Position numbers and translations under genes: made by a program. From positions 32,135 to 96,134 of the forward strand of contig JBJEOV010000087.1 of NCBI GenBank assembly GCA_051880895.1: a stretch of 64,000 bases of DNA. The letters run 5' to 3'. Position 1 is the stretch's first letter; the number at the start of each line of letters is the position of its first letter. This stretch comes from Ruminococcus sp. GTDB taxonomy: Bacteria; Bacillota; Clostridia; Oscillospirales; Acutalibacteraceae. The notes beneath the pieces are model-generated. The model worked only from the letters and a program-made list of their open reading frames with translations. It made no database searches and was not told where the DNA came from. Below, in pieces: positions 9,205 to 20,860 of the stretch.

Positions 9205-10167
9205 ATGTCAATTATTGACGCAATTATTCAGGGCATCGTGCAGGGACTCACCGAGTTCTTACCTGTATCGAGCAGCGGACATCTTTCAATCACACAGCAT
9301 ATTCTCGGAGCTACCGAAAACAATCTTTTCTTCAATGTAATGCTCCATGTAGGAACGCTTGTTGCGGTAGTTGCCTTTTATCACAAGCTGATATGGAGCC
9401 TTATCAAGGAATTTGTTTTGCTTGTTAAGGATGTATTTACAGGCAAATTCAAGTGGAAGGAAATGAATTACGAAAGAAATCTTATTATGATGCTCATAAT
9501 CGGACTTATTCCGCTGTTTTTGCTCTTTGTTCCAATCCCCGGAACAGATATGAAAATCAAGGATCTTGCAGATGTGCTTACCGGCGAGAAATATCTGATA
9601 GTTGTTGCAATTTCACTTCTTGTTACAAGTATTCTCCTTACGGTGGGAATTATCTTCAATAAGAGAAACGTTAATCCGGGTGCAGGCTTTAAGCATTTAA
9701 AGACAGTCAAGCACAGCGAAAAATCGGCAGGCAGAGAGAGCTATAATGTTGTTGACGCTGTCTGCGTAGGACTTATGCAGGTTGTGGCTGCAATTTTCCC
9801 CGGTATTTCCCGTTCAGGCTCAACCCTTGCAGTAGGTGAGATGAGAGGTATTAACAAGCAGAAGGCTCTTGACTACACATTCGTGCTTGGTATTCCGTCA
9901 ATTCTTGCAGCGGCTCTGCTTGAGGGAATTGACGCTGTAAAAAGTCCCGAGGGTATAGCAATCGATCCAATTGTTATAATTGTTGGTATGGTTGTATCGG
10001 CTATTGTGGGCTACCTTGCAATCCTTATTTTTAAATGGTTCTTAAAGACCGACAAAATGATAATTTTCGTTATATATACAGCACTTGTAGGCTTGATTTT
10101 CCTTGTGATTTCCTGTATTGAACTCGGCACAGGAGCTAATGTCTTTACCGGTGCAATGATTCAATGA
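9205..10167 (+). CDS. uppP: Undecaprenyl-diphosphate phosphatase
   Basis: QGLTEFLPVSSSGH, PGISRSGST; AAAGGAG RBS. Confidence 0.92.
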   Translation: MSIIDAIIQGIVQGLTEFLPVSSSGHLSITQHILGATENNLFFNVMLHVGTLVAVVAFYHKLIWSLIKEFVLLVKDVFTGKFKWKEMNYERNLIMMLIIGLIPLFLLFVPIPGTDMKIKDLADVLTGEKYLIVVAISLLVTSILLTVGIIFNKRNVNPGAGFKHLKTVKHSEKSAGRESYNVVDAVCVGLMQVVAAIFPGISRSGSTLAVGEMRGINKQKALDYTFVLGIPSILAAALLEGIDAVKSPEGIAIDPIVIIVGMVVSAIVGYLAILIFKWFLKTDKMIIFVIYTALVGLIFLVISCIELGTGANVFTGAMIQ

Positions 10168-10191
10168 TGCTCTCAGCGGAGGTAGTATAAA

Positions 10192-12930
10192 TTGGCAACC
10201 CCTAAAAATACAACAAAAAAGAAAACTACAAATAAATCAACCTCCTCAAAAGCAAAAAATGCAAAGAAAAAACAGCCGGTTCAAGAGCCTGAGCCAATGC
10301 TGTCGCCGAAAATAAGGGTGATTATTTTCGGCTCGCTGTCGGTGTTTTTCGTCTTTCTGATATTTGTGCAGAGCGTAAATCTCTGGAATACACTGCGCTC
10401 GGCTTTGTTCGGAGTGTTCGGCTTTGCTGCGCTGCTTGTGCCGGTTTTCTTTATGTATATGGCTGTCATTACATACAAGGAAAAACAAATCCGTCATTTT
10501 AAAAGCAAAATTTTACTCAGTGTTATGATTGTTCTGCTGCTTGGAGCAATGATTTTTGTAGCCACGGGCAGTCCGCATATTGAGAAGGGCTATCTTGCCT
10601 GCGCAGGCAAGCTTTATCTTGATATTTACAGCAGCGAGTCATACTTTCCCTTTGGAGCAGGCTTTATAGGCGGCTTGCTCGGTTATCCTATGGTTATATT
10701 AATAGGAAGTGTTCCGACAGTTCTGATTTGTATTCTCTTCTTGCTTGCATTTATTTTCGGAATTACCAACCTTTCACTGAAAGACATTGCAAAAGCGGCG
10801 TCAAAGGTGGGGCAGGGCGTTACATATGTAAAGCAGAAGAGCGAAGAAAGAGCAAAGGCAAGACGGGAGTATATTGCTGAGCGTGAGGCTGAAGAGGCAG
10901 AACAGGAGCAAAAGCGTGAGCTGTTTATAGCAGGCGGCGAGAACGATAAGACCGTAGTAACCGTTCAGAAGAAAAAGCGCAGGGGTAAGGGGAACGGAAT
11001 TGACATACCTCTTGACGAAAACGCTCGCAAGGATAATAAAACCAGACTCAACAGCAAGCTTGAGGTTGAATGCGACTATACAGCCGAGGCTGATAACAGT
11101 CAGAACGAGGAGCAGTCTGTGCATGATTTGCAGGAAGAGGACAATCAGGCTGTTTCAGATGATCTGATGAATATTATCAGCAGAGCAAGTAAATCGTATG
11201 ATGAGAAGAATAAAAGCAAGGCAAGTAAAAGTGATAAAGAAAATGTATTTCAGTATCCGAACGAGCCGAGTGAGGAAGAGCTTTCAAGGTTTGAGGAGGA
11301 GCTTGAGAACGCAGGCTACTCGCCTGTAGATATTAAGGAGGACGAGGAAAAGCCTGAGCACAGCTACAGTTTTCCGCCGATTCAGCTCCTTACCCTTGCA
11401 GATAATAAAAACGATAAAAACGCTATGGCGGAGATGCAGAACAACGCAACAAAGCTTATAGAAACACTTGACAGTTTTAATGTAAAGGCTTCCATTGTCA
11501 ATATCTGCCGTGGTCCGTCGGTTACTCGATATGAGTTAGCTCCTGCGCCGGGAGTGAAAATAAGTAAAATTACAAATCTTTCGGACGATATTGCGCTTAA
11601 CCTTGCGGCGAACGGAGTAAGAATCGAGGCTCCAATTCCGGGCAAGGCGGCGGTCGGCATCGAAGTTCCGAATAAGGTTGTAAGTATGGTAACAATGCGT
11701 GAGCTTATTGATTCCGACGAGTTCCGCAACGGCAAAAGCAAGCTTACCTGCGTTCTCGGCAAGGATATTTCGGGTGCTATTGTTGTGACGGATCTTGCCA
11801 AAATGCCGCATCTGCTTATTGCAGGTACTACAGGCTCAGGTAAATCCGTATGCGTGAACTCAATTCTTATGAGTATCCTTTATAAGGCTACTCCCGACGA
11901 GGTAAAGCTACTGCTTATTGACCCTAAAATGGTTGAATTTTCAAAGTACAAGGGTATTCCGCATCTGCTTATTCCCGTTGTTTCAGACGCTAAGAAGGCG
12001 GCAGGCGCACTGAGCTGGGCGGTGTCTGAAATGCTGCAGAGATATAAGATTTTTTCTGAATATGACTGCAAGAATATAGATGCCTACAACGAGCTTATTG
12101 AAGATAATTTAAGGTATATAGAGCAGAATCCTCCCGAGGAAAACGAGGAGGGCGAGCTTGTGCAGCCCGTGCTTGAGCGAAACGGACTTCCCGTGGCAAA
12201 GGAAAAAATGCCGCAGATTGTAATTTCCATTGATGAGCTTGCCGACCTTATGATGGCGGCGCCGAGCGAGGTTGAGGAGTCAATCTGCCGTCTTGCTCAG
12301 ATGGCCCGTGCCGCAGGTATGCACCTGCTTATTGCTACCCAGCGACCGACCGTTAATGTAATTACAGGTCTTATCAAAGCAAACATTCCGAGCCGAATTG
12401 CGCTCAAGGTAAGCTCAAATATGGACTCAAGAACCATTCTTGACCTTGGCGGCGCTGAAAAGCTAATCGGCAGAGGCGATATGCTGTTTTCGCCTGTCGG
12501 TGCGCCAAAGCCTGTGCGTGTGCAGGGCTGTTATGCATCCGATGAAGAAATCGAAAATGTAACTAACTATATCAAAAAATCATTTTCTGCTCAGTATAAT
12601 GCGGAAATTGAAGAAAAAATCAAGAGGATTGCCGCAGAGGAAATCGCTCAGGGCAAAAAGAACGATGACAGAGGCGGCAATGATGATATTGACATCGACT
12701 CCAAGATGGAAGAGGCTATCAAATGCGTAATTGAGGCAGGACAGGCTTCTACCTCTCTCATTCAGCGCAGACTCAAGGTTGGCTATGCAAGAGCCGGCAG
12801 AATGATTGACGATATGGAGCAGATGGGAATTGTCGGACCTCATCAGGGTTCAAAGCCGAGAGATGTACTTATGACCTATAATGAGTGGCTCGAACGCCGA
12901 AACATTATGGGCAGTGACGAAAATAATTAA
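10192..12930 (+). CDS. ftsK: FtsK/SpoIIIE DNA translocase
   Basis: N-terminal TMs; [36 protein letters not shown]; gamma domain [15 protein letters not shown]. Confidence 0.95.
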   Translation: MATPKNTTKKKTTNKSTSSKAKNAKKKQPVQEPEPMLSPKIRVIIFGSLSVFFVFLIFVQSVNLWNTLRSALFGVFGFAALLVPVFFMYMAVITYKEKQIRHFKSKILLSVMIVLLLGAMIFVATGSPHIEKGYLACAGKLYLDIYSSESYFPFGAGFIGGLLGYPMVILIGSVPTVLICILFLLAFIFGITNLSLKDIAKAASKVGQGVTYVKQKSEERAKARREYIAEREAEEAEQEQKRELFIAGGENDKTVVTVQKKKRRGKGNGIDIPLDENARKDNKTRLNSKLEVECDYTAEADNSQNEEQSVHDLQEEDNQAVSDDLMNIISRASKSYDEKNKSKASKSDKENVFQYPNEPSEEELSRFEEELENAGYSPVDIKEDEEKPEHSYSFPPIQLLTLADNKNDKNAMAEMQNNATKLIETLDSFNVKASIVNICRGPSVTRYELAPAPGVKISKITNLSDDIALNLAANGVRIEAPIPGKAAVGIEVPNKVVSMVTMRELIDSDEFRNGKSKLTCVLGKDISGAIVVTDLAKMPHLLIAGTTGSGKSVCVNSILMSILYKATPDEVKLLLIDPKMVEFSKYKGIPHLLIPVVSDAKKAAGALSWAVSEMLQRYKIFSEYDCKNIDAYNELIEDNLRYIEQNPPEENEEGELVQPVLERNGLPVAKEKMPQIVISIDELADLMMAAPSEVEESICRLAQMARAAGMHLLIATQRPTVNVITGLIKANIPSRIALKVSSNMDSRTILDLGGAEKLIGRGDMLFSPVGAPKPVRVQGCYASDEEIENVTNYIKKSFSAQYNAEIEEKIKRIAAEEIAQGKKNDDRGGNDDIDIDSKMEEAIKCVIEAGQASTSLIQRRLKVGYARAGRMIDDMEQMGIVGPHQGSKPRDVLMTYNEWLERRNIMGSDENN

Positions 12931-12940
12931 AGGTGATATT

Positions 12941-14827
12941 ATGGCATTTTTACCGATGAATATTAAAGAGGTCAAGGCTCGTGGCTGGAACGAGGTTGAT
13001 TTTGTGTATGTGATGGGCGACAGCTATGTTGACCATCCGTCCTTTGGTGCTGCCATAATTACAAGAGTGCTTGAGGACTGCGGCTACCGTGTCGCAGTCC
13101 TTTCTCAGCCTGACTGGAAAAATGACGACGACTTTTTGCAGTTCGGCAAGCCAAGGCTGGGTTTTTTCGTTACGGCCGGAAATATTGACAGTATGGTTGC
13201 CCACTACACAGTTGCTAAGCGCAAGCGCAGCGATGACGCTTACACGGCAGGCGGCAAATCGGGCAAACGGCCTGACAGAGCCGTCACCGTCTATTCAAAT
13301 ATAATCCGCAGGCTTTTTCCCGACTCTGTAATTATTATCGGCGGTCTTGAGGCTTCCCTGAGAAGATTTGCCCACTATGATTACTGGAAAAATACCGTTA
13401 TGCCTTCGGTGCTGTTTGACAGTAAGGCGGATATTATTTCATACGGAATGGGTGAATTGCAGACTATTGAAATGGCTAAAAGGCTTTCAGAGGGCTATCC
13501 TGTTGAGGCTCTGTATGATATCCGTGGTATTTGCTATGCGGTAAAAACAAGCGACTATGTGCCGAGAACAGTCGTTGAGCTGCCAAGCTACGAGAGAGTG
13601 TGTGAAAGCAAGCGTGATTACGCAATAGCCGCCCGCAAGGAGCTTGAGGAGGCTGACGCAGTAAGAGGAAAAACTCTTATTCAGCGGCACGGAAACTATA
13701 TATTGATTCAGAATCCGCCGATGCAGCCGCTTGATACAAAACAGCTTGATTATGTTTACTCACTTCCGTATGAAAGATGGTATCCGCCCTGCTATGAAAA
13801 GCTCGGCGGTGTGCCGGGTATTCAGGAGGTATTGTTTTCAATAACTCATAACCGTGGCTGTTTCGGCGCCTGTAATTTCTGCTCGCTTGCATTCCATCAG
13901 GGCAGAGCGGTTACAGTAAGAAGTAAGCAGAGTGTGATTGACGAGGCAAAGTCTTTCTTAAAGGATAAAAGATTTAAGGGATATATAAGCGATGTAGGCG
14001 GTCCTACGGCGAACTTCAGACTTCCGTCCTGCGAAAAGCAGAAAAAGGCTGGACTTTGCAAGAGCAGAAAGTGCCTTGCGCCCACACCCTGCCCTAATAT
14101 GCAGGTGTCGCATACGGAGTATCTTGATATTCTCAGAGAGCTGAGAAATCTTGACGGAATAAAAAAGGTGTTCATTCGCAGCGGTATCCGTTTTGATTAT
14201 CTTATGGAGGACGAAAGCGACGAGTTTTTTGAGGAGCTTGTAAAGCACCACATCAGCGGTCAGCTGAGGGTTGCCCCGGAGCATTGCTCGGCGGCGGTGC
14301 TTGACAAAATGGGCAAGCCGCATATTGAAACCTACAAAAAATTCTGCAATAAGTTTTATAAGCTGACAGGACAGCTCAACAAGGATCAGTACATTGTGCC
14401 GTATCTTATGAGCTCGCACCCCGGCTCAACCTTAAAGGACGCAGTCGAGCTTGCCCTCTTCTGCAAGCGTGAGAACATACACCCAAAGCAGGTGCAGGAT
14501 TTTTATCCCACGCCGGGCACGATTTCAACCTGTATGTTCTACACCGGCATAGACCCTTACACTATGAAAGAGGTTTATGTGCCGAAAACCGAGGAAGAAA
14601 AGGCAATGCAGAGGGCGCTTTTGCAGTATTTTATTCCCGAAAACAAGCAAACGGTTATCAAAGCTCTGATAAAAGCAGGCAGAAAGGATTTAATCGGCTA
14701 TGACTCAAAATGTCTTGTTCAGCCGATAAGCGGTCAGAAGAATACCTCAGGCAAAAACACGGCTCGCAACAGGAACGGCAGGCAGAATAAGGACAGGTAT
14801 GCAAAATACAGAAGAAAAAAGAAGTAA
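12941..14827 (+). CDS. YgiQ/UPF0313 radical SAM protein
   Basis: YVDHPSFG, RRFAHYDYW, GCFGACNFC, VQDFYPTP. Confidence 0.9.
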   Translation: MAFLPMNIKEVKARGWNEVDFVYVMGDSYVDHPSFGAAIITRVLEDCGYRVAVLSQPDWKNDDDFLQFGKPRLGFFVTAGNIDSMVAHYTVAKRKRSDDAYTAGGKSGKRPDRAVTVYSNIIRRLFPDSVIIIGGLEASLRRFAHYDYWKNTVMPSVLFDSKADIISYGMGELQTIEMAKRLSEGYPVEALYDIRGICYAVKTSDYVPRTVVELPSYERVCESKRDYAIAARKELEEADAVRGKTLIQRHGNYILIQNPPMQPLDTKQLDYVYSLPYERWYPPCYEKLGGVPGIQEVLFSITHNRGCFGACNFCSLAFHQGRAVTVRSKQSVIDEAKSFLKDKRFKGYISDVGGPTANFRLPSCEKQKKAGLCKSRKCLAPTPCPNMQVSHTEYLDILRELRNLDGIKKVFIRSGIRFDYLMEDESDEFFEELVKHHISGQLRVAPEHCSAAVLDKMGKPHIETYKKFCNKFYKLTGQLNKDQYIVPYLMSSHPGSTLKDAVELALFCKRENIHPKQVQDFYPTPGTISTCMFYTGIDPYTMKEVYVPKTEEEKAMQRALLQYFIPENKQTVIKALIKAGRKDLIGYDSKCLVQPISGQKNTSGKNTARNRNGRQNKDRYAKYRRKKK

Positions 14828-15698
14828 AATTTACCGAAAAATTATTTTAATCATATTTGCAGTGCTTTTTATCACCATTTCTTTCCTTGCAGATTGGGAT
14901 AGGATTTATTCTTTATTTGCATTAAAAGCAGATACTCGGAATAAATTATCGGTAAGCTTTATCTCGGTTGGTGACGCCGATTGTGCGTATATTCATCTTG
15001 CCGATACCGACATTCTGATAGACTGCGGTACTGAAATTTCTTCGGATAAAGTAATTAATTTTCTGAAACGCTACAACTGCAAAAGCCTTGACGCAATATT
15101 TCTTTCACATCCCGATTCAGACCACATCGGCGGAGCGAAAAGCATAATAAAGGAATTTGTCGTTGAAAAAATATATTGCTATAACACCCCTGCAAGCCTT
15201 ATCGGCTCAGAACGCAGTTTTGCACAGCTTGATAATTCTATATCAGAAAATAATATTGATAAGGAATTTGTAAATTCGGGCGATGTATTGAGTTACGGAG
15301 ATTTAAAATTCAAAGTGATTTCCCCAAAGCACGATTATGATAATTCAAACGACAGCTCGCTTGTTATAAAACTTGGCTATATGGAAAAATCATTCCTATT
15401 TACGGGTGACATAAGCAATGAAGTTGAAGAAGAGCTTGTGCGGAGCGGCGAGGATATTTCGGCTGATGTGCTGAAAATTGCACATCACGGCAGCGCATAC
15501 TCAAGCTCTGAGGAGTTTTTGAAAAGGGTTTCGCCGAATATTTCTGTAATAAGTGCAGGTACAGATGATTTGTATTTGCCCGACTACAAAACCGAATACA
15601 GAATTTCCGGATTATCAAGGCTGTATATAACCGGAAATGTCGGTGATGTTGTAATTACAACAGACGGTAGTAGTATTGAGGTACAAACGGGCTTTTAG
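14799..15698 (+). CDS. ComEC/Rec2-type metallo-beta-lactamase-fold protein
   Basis: [26 protein letters not shown]. Confidence 0.85.
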   Translation: MQNTEEKRSKIYRKIILIIFAVLFITISFLADWDRIYSLFALKADTRNKLSVSFISVGDADCAYIHLADTDILIDCGTEISSDKVINFLKRYNCKSLDAIFLSHPDSDHIGGAKSIIKEFVVEKIYCYNTPASLIGSERSFAQLDNSISENNIDKEFVNSGDVLSYGDLKFKVISPKHDYDNSNDSSLVIKLGYMEKSFLFTGDISNEVEEELVRSGEDISADVLKIAHHGSAYSSSEEFLKRVSPNISVISAGTDDLYLPDYKTEYRISGLSRLYITGNVGDVVITTDGSSIEVQTGF

Positions 15699-15701
15699 GT
15701 A

Positions 15702-15730
15702 TTGACCTATCGGGAATTATGTTTTATAAT
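15702..15730 (+). promoter_or_regulatory. Sigma-A promoter of tyrS (short leader, no T-box)
   Basis: TTGACC-17-TATAAT. Confidence 0.7.
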
Positions 15731-15772
15731 TATCAAATAGAAAACAAAAATCAGAAAGGATTTTATAATAAA

Positions 15773-16996
15773 ATGGGAGTTTATGAGGAATTGGTAGCCA
15801 GAGGTCTTATTGCTCAGGTTACAGACGAAGAAGAAATTAAGGAGCTTGTCAACAACGGTAAGGCTGTATTCTACATCGGCTTTGACCCTACAGCCGACAG
15901 CCTGCATGTAGGTCACTTTATGGCTCTTTGCCTTATGAAGCGTTTGCAGATGGCAGGCAATAAGCCGATTGCACTTATCGGCGGCGGTACTGCTATGATC
16001 GGCGACCCGTCGGGCAGAACCGATATGCGCCAGATGATGACAACAGAAACAATTCAGCATAATGTTGAATGCTTTAAAAAGCAGATGGAGCGTTTTATTG
16101 ATTTTTCGGACGGCAAGGCTCTTTTGGTGAACAATGCCGACTGGCTGCTCGACCTCAACTATGTTGATGTTCTGCGTGAGGTGGGTGCTTGTTTCTCGGT
16201 TAATAATATGCTCAGAGCAGAATGCTACAAGCAGAGAATGGAAAAGGGACTCAGCTTTCTTGAGTTTAACTATATGATTATGCAGAGCTACGATTTCTAT
16301 GCTCTCTATAAGAAATACGGCTGTAATATGCAGTTCGGCGGCGACGACCAGTGGAGCAATATGCTCGGCGGCACAGAGCTTATCAGAAGAAAGCTCGGCA
16401 AGGACGCTTACGCTATGACAATCAATCTTCTCCTAAATTCCGAGGGCAAGAAGATGGGCAAAACACAGTCGGGCGCAGTATGGCTTTCTGCCGAAAAGAC
16501 AAGTCCGTATGATTTCTATCAGTACTGGAGAAATGTTGCTGACGAGGATGTAATCAAGTGCCTAAAAATGCTTACCTTTCTTCCGCTTGAGGAGATTGAC
16601 GAGCTTGCAAAGCTTGAGGGCAGCGAGCTTAACAAGGCTAAGGAAATTCTTGCTTATGAGGTAACAAGCCTTATTCACGGCAAGGAAGAGGCAGACAAGG
16701 CGCAGGAGGCTGCAAGAGCATTGTTCGGCAGCGGTGCAAATACAGATAATATGCCTTCAACAGAGCTTACCGACAATGATTTTACAGACGGCGGTATTGC
16801 AATTCTTGATCTTCTTACAAAGTGCGGACTTATTCCGTCAAAGGGTGAGGGAAGAAGGCTTATTCAGCAGGGCGGCGTTGCCGTTGATGATGAAAAGGTA
16901 ACCGATGTTTACGCAGTTGTACCCAAGTCGGCTTTTGAAAAGGGTTATGTTGTAATTAAAAAGGGTAAGAAAAAGTTCCATAAGGCTGTTTTATAA
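15773..16996 (+). CDS. tyrS: Tyrosyl-tRNA synthetase
   Basis: [13 protein letters not shown] (HIGH-like), [14 protein letters not shown]-terminal S4 domain. Confidence 0.97.
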   Translation: MGVYEELVARGLIAQVTDEEEIKELVNNGKAVFYIGFDPTADSLHVGHFMALCLMKRLQMAGNKPIALIGGGTAMIGDPSGRTDMRQMMTTETIQHNVECFKKQMERFIDFSDGKALLVNNADWLLDLNYVDVLREVGACFSVNNMLRAECYKQRMEKGLSFLEFNYMIMQSYDFYALYKKYGCNMQFGGDDQWSNMLGGTELIRRKLGKDAYAMTINLLLNSEGKKMGKTQSGAVWLSAEKTSPYDFYQYWRNVADEDVIKCLKMLTFLPLEEIDELAKLEGSELNKAKEILAYEVTSLIHGKEEADKAQEAARALFGSGANTDNMPSTELTDNDFTDGGIAILDLLTKCGLIPSKGEGRRLIQQGGVAVDDEKVTDVYAVVPKSAFEKGYVVIKKGKKKFHKAVL

Positions 16997-17016
16997 TTTA
17001 AGAAATAAAAGCAAAA

Positions 17017-17037
17017 TCCCCACTCCTGAAGTGGGGA
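17017..17037 (+). terminator. Hairpin after tyrS
   Basis: TCCCCACT/AGTGGGGA stem; weak U-tract. Confidence 0.45.
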
Positions 17038-17115
17038 AATGTTTATACTTGAGTGTTTTATAAATCGGCAGTTTGAATGAGCTGCATAAAATATTTCAGC
17101 AAAGGAGTTCAGGAA

Positions 17116-17541
17116 ATGAAAAAGTTTTTTGGCGAGTTTAAAACCTTTATTATGAGAGGCAATGTGCTTGACCTTGCAGTCGGCGTTATCATCGGCGCAG
17201 CATTTCAGGCTATTGTCACATCGCTTACATCGGATATTATTTCACCTATTCTCGGTCTGTTCGGCGGAATGAATTTTGACCAATATGCGCTCACGATAGG
17301 CGATGTATCAATCGGCTACGGTAAGTTTCTGACTGCGGTTATCAACTTCATTATTATGGCTTTTGTTATTTTCCTTATTGTAAAACTGGTAAATAAGATT
17401 ATGTCCATAGGCAAAAAGCCGGAAGAAAAGGAAGAACCGAAAGAGCCTGATACCAAAATCTGCCCGTTCTGTCAGAGCGAGATTTCAATCAAGGCTGTAA
17501 AATGCCCCCACTGCACAAGCAACATTCCAAACGAAACCTAA
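17116..17541 (+). CDS. mscL: Large-conductance mechanosensitive channel with C-terminal CxxC..CxxC extension
   Basis: EFKTFIMRGNVLDLAVGVIIGAAF, YGKFLTAVINF; AGGA RBS. Confidence 0.92.
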   Translation: MKKFFGEFKTFIMRGNVLDLAVGVIIGAAFQAIVTSLTSDIISPILGLFGGMNFDQYALTIGDVSIGYGKFLTAVINFIIMAFVIFLIVKLVNKIMSIGKKPEEKEEPKEPDTKICPFCQSEISIKAVKCPHCTSNIPNET

Positions 17542-17715
17542 GGAAACACTGAATAAATCACGCTGAAAGCTGTTTGCACATCTTGCTTGCATATTTTCCG
17601 CCAGCTTGCCCAAAAAATCTCAAAAACAATGCGTCAGCATTACTGCGGTTTGTTTGTGCAACCTGACCAAAAATCTGACGGCGCAATATGCACAAACGAT
17701 TTAATCAGTGTTTCC
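17542..17715 (+). mobile_element. MITE-like repeat copy 1 (174 bp)
   Basis: GGAAACACTGAATAAATC...GATTTAATCAGTGTTTCC ends; CTAA duplicated on both sides, including the mscL TAA stop. Confidence 0.85.
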
Positions 17716-17743
17716 CTAAAAATAAATATTCATACATAAAAAG

Positions 17744-17769
17744 CTCCCTGCTCAAATCTGAACAGGGAG
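17744..17769. terminator. Bidirectional terminator between mscL and the LCP gene
   Basis: CTCCCTG/CAGGGAG stem flanked by A- and T-runs. Confidence 0.65.
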
Positions 17770-17775
17770 TAATTT

Positions 17776-19236
17776 TTATTCATTATATGGCTTGTAGTAG
17801 GTGTCAAGAATAAGCTTGTAAAACTCATCCTCGTTCACATAAAACTCTGTGTAAACCTTTCCCTGCTTAAGCTCGCCGGGTACAGATACCATTGTCATAT
17901 TCATACCGTTGTGAGTGAGCATATTCTGCGACAGGTAACAGATTTTAGAGGGGTTAAGGTTTGTGCAGGAGTAGGGGGAAGAGGCGTTGAAAAGGCTTAA
18001 CGGAGTGGTTAAATCCTTTTTTGTCTGTGTAAGAACAGTGTTCATAAATGAATTTAAGTAAACCTGTTGTCTTTGCATTCGCTTGCTGTTTGCTTCTATA
18101 CTTTCCATATCTCTTGAACGAACAAAGCTTTCGGCGTCTTTTCCCGTAAGGTGATAGCTTTCGCCCTGTGTGAAGCTGCCTATTGTTTCGGGAGATACCA
18201 CATCAACTCCGCCTACAGCGTCATTGAGAGCGGATATACCCTCAAGGTCAAGCGCAAAGTATGAATTTATCGGTATATTGTAGAAAAGTCTTTGAACGGC
18301 TGTAACAGTGTTTACACAGCTTGATTCCTTGCCGTCGCCGTAAGCGTAGGAAAGACAAATCTGTTCCTTAACGGTTTCTACATAATAACCGCTCGCAGAG
18401 TAAACTGCAACATCTGTCATAGTATCTCTCGATACATTGATAAGCTTTGTTTCACCTGTCGATGTGTCCATTGCAACAAGAATAATAACATCAGCCTGTC
18501 CGTTTTCTCCTTTAATATCGCTTACGCTTTCAAAGCTTTCTTTATCAACACCGATACAGAGAATGCTTGTCATATTTTTGTTGTATTCATAGGTGACTCC
18601 GTTATATACAACAAACTGTCCGCCGTTTTGCACGATAACATTTTCCGGTGCGGAGATTATGTTTGTATTATTCAGCATTTCCTGAGAGCCTCTGTAAATG
18701 AACCACGCAAGCAATCCGCTTACAACAAGCATAAAGGCAAGCAAAGAGCTTATAACGGTAAGTATTATTCTTTGCCATTTTTTAAATCTTCTTTTCTTTT
18801 TCTTTCTGCTTTTGTGCTTTTCTTTAATGGCTTTTTTCTGTTCTTTAGAGCCTTTTGCAGGGTGATTACTTTTTACAAGCTCGTCATATTCCTGAAGATA
18901 TCTTTCTTTGCCTGTACTGCTTTTTTTCTTTTTGTGACTGCTGCCCTTTGCGGATCTTGAGCTTTGAACAAGCGGAGTATCATCATCAAAGTCCGAGTTA
19001 TGATGGTGATGGTGGTGACGACTGCGGTGCAACTGCACAAATTTATAATCGCCAATATCATCATTTATACTTCGTTTAGCATAGGAAACTTTACCTTTTT
19101 CTCCGTTGCTTGCAATATTTTCTTCTGTCTGAGGCGGAAGCTTGCTCGAATAGCTGTAAATATCCTCGTGTTTTTCGGAATTATCTGCGATATTATTCTC
19201 CTGATTACTTCCGCTGTTATTATTTTGTGAGTTCAT
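17776..19236 (-). CDS. LCP (LytR-CpsA-Psr) family protein with long charged, His-rich cytoplasmic N-terminus
   Basis: One TM, then GQADVIIL, NVSRDT, FVRSR, RMQRQQ LCP motifs. Confidence 0.88.
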   Translation of the reverse strand: MNSQNNNSGSNQENNIADNSEKHEDIYSYSSKLPPQTEENIASNGEKGKVSYAKRSINDDIGDYKFVQLHRSRHHHHHHNSDFDDDTPLVQSSRSAKGSSHKKKKSSTGKERYLQEYDELVKSNHPAKGSKEQKKAIKEKHKSRKKKKRRFKKWQRIILTVISSLLAFMLVVSGLLAWFIYRGSQEMLNNTNIISAPENVIVQNGGQFVVYNGVTYEYNKNMTSILCIGVDKESFESVSDIKGENGQADVIILVAMDTSTGETKLINVSRDTMTDVAVYSASGYYVETVKEQICLSYAYGDGKESSCVNTVTAVQRLFYNIPINSYFALDLEGISALNDAVGGVDVVSPETIGSFTQGESYHLTGKDAESFVRSRDMESIEANSKRMQRQQVYLNSFMNTVLTQTKKDLTTPLSLFNASSPYSCTNLNPSKICYLSQNMLTHNGMNMTMVSVPGELKQGKVYTEFYVNEDEFYKLILDTYYKPYNE

Positions 19237-20002
19237 CCTTTATTAACACCCCCTGTAAAAGAAGTCTTCCGTCACCTGAATTCAGGCAGGTGCTGAGCGT
19301 AACAATTCTGTCGTCAGTTGTCAGTTCCGGAATATCTCTTACAACCTTTGTGAATGATCTTGGATTCTGAATGTAATCAAGGTATTCTTCAAATACCTTG
19401 TCTTCGTCAAAATCAAAAGAATTCATAATATGTCGGTCGTCATACGAATAAACCGACGCTATACGGTAGGTAAGCTTGTGCTTAGGACGGTAAATATAAA
19501 AATACTCATGGTCGTCAAAAAAGTCGGTATCGGTAAATTTATATAAATCTGCAAACATACTTCCGTCCGCCATATTGTGACCGTAAAGCACAGTCACCCT
19601 GTCGTGCATATAAATTGAATTGCAGTATTGCGAGTAAATAGAGCCTGCAAAGCTGTAATTACCGTAAATATCGTGGTCAAGGTAAAAATTATCGTTAGTA
19701 TTACTTCTGCATACAGGATAATTTATGTTGGTATCGGGAATATAAAGCCAGGAGTAAATCTCATCGTTCTGCGCCTGCAAGGATTCAAAATCTATAGGAT
19801 TATCCACGAGATTTTCATCAATAGACGGCGAGGTGATTTCCTGAGAAATGCTCGGGGCAACCGAGCTTGCAAGGCTGCTGTACTCGTTGCGGGCTTTCTG
19901 CTGGGAATTCATCTGATACATTACATAAATTATACATATGATAATCAGAATAATTGTAATTACAAGAATCGGTATTAAAACTTTATTTCGATTTTTTTTC
20001 AT
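19220..20002 (-). CDS. srtB: Class B sortase
   Basis: N-terminal TM, INYPV, LYGHNM, VTLSTC, GRLLL. Confidence 0.9.
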   Translation of the reverse strand: MKKNRNKVLIPILVITIILIIICIIYVMYQMNSQQKARNEYSSLASSVAPSISQEITSPSIDENLVDNPIDFESLQAQNDEIYSWLYIPDTNINYPVCRSNTNDNFYLDHDIYGNYSFAGSIYSQYCNSIYMHDRVTVLYGHNMADGSMFADLYKFTDTDFFDDHEYFYIYRPKHKLTYRIASVYSYDDRHIMNSFDFDEDKVFEEYLDYIQNPRSFTKVVRDIPELTTDDRIVTLSTCLNSGDGRLLLQGVLIKDELTK

Positions 20003-20124
20003 AACTGAATGCACTGCTTAATTCTATCAAATATTTGTATTAAAGTCAATATTTAGGAATAAATTACCATATTATGCATTAAAAAACAGCTTTCGGAAAA
20101 ACGAAAGCTGTTTTAAAAGCTGAA

Positions 20125-20607
20125 TTAGTTTGATTTCTTTGACTTAACAATGGTTACGCTGACAGCAACAGCTAAAAGTGCTAAGCCAATCATTACATAC
20201 GGTGTTGCGTTTGAAGGACCTGTCTGCGGTGATTTACCTGAATTATCAGTTGTTACAGACTGTGTCGGTGTTTGACCGTCCTTTGTGTAGTAAGGTGTTA
20301 CCTTAATATCACCTGTGATGATAATATCAACATCCTTATCTGTAAGCGGCTGATCGGTTCTGTAAGGACCTTCAATTACCCAATGGTCAAATGTATAACC
20401 CGGATTTGGCTTTGGAGTAATATGAACATGCTGGTTACCGTTTTCGTCAATATCTGTTGTAAATTCGTAATCACCGTCACCGCCGGGGGTAGGGGTTACA
20501 ACTACCACATAAACATATGTACCTGTAGGACTTGGTGCAGCGAATACCGGAATTGCCGCTGCAAGCATCAGCACAAGAGCCAATGCAAGGGATACAACCT
20601 TCTTCAT
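20125..20607 (-). CDS. Small secreted cell-wall-anchored protein with SPQTG sorting motif
   Basis: Signal peptide; PNPGYTFDHW beta-repeat-like domain; KSPQTG, TM and basic tail; ACAGGAGG RBS. Confidence 0.8.
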   Translation of the reverse strand: MKKVVSLALALVLMLAAAIPVFAAPSPTGTYVYVVVVTPTPGGDGDYEFTTDIDENGNQHVHITPKPNPGYTFDHWVIEGPYRTDQPLTDKDVDIIITGDIKVTPYYTKDGQTPTQSVTTDNSGKSPQTGPSNATPYVMIGLALLAVAVSVTIVKSKKSN

Positions 20608-20796
20608 TATACTAACCTCCTGTTAATAATACAAAATTATCTGCGGAATTGCTCCGTAGCTTTTAGATATTAAGTATTATAGCACAATAATAAAATAAAG
20701 TAAAGACAATTATCTAAAATATTTTTGTTATTTTTGATAAATTATATTTCTTTTTTAAACAAAACATAAATACTTTTAATAAAATAAAAAGACCTA

Positions 20797-20825
20797 TTGC
20801 AATAGTAGGCAAAAAAATGTATAAT
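20797..20825 (+). promoter_or_regulatory. Sigma-A promoter of nadA-mnmA
   Basis: TTGCAA-17-TATAAT; the -35 lies inside the palindrome CTATTGCAATAG. Confidence 0.65.
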
Positions 20826-20860
20826 ATCCTTAAAATGAAAAAATGAAGGGAAATGTATTT

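Noticed and set aside
15698-15772. T-box upstream of tyrS
   Set aside because: The promoter is only ~40 nt from the start codon; no room and no T-box motif.
17450-17541. Zinc-ribbon tail on MscL
   Set aside because: A CxxC..CxxC C-terminal extension is frequent in clostridial MscL, to my knowledge.
20625-20670. c-di-GMP-type riboswitch in the leader of the SPQTG gene
   Set aside because: Only one GCAA-loop hairpin; the second stem and conserved GEMM motifs are missing.
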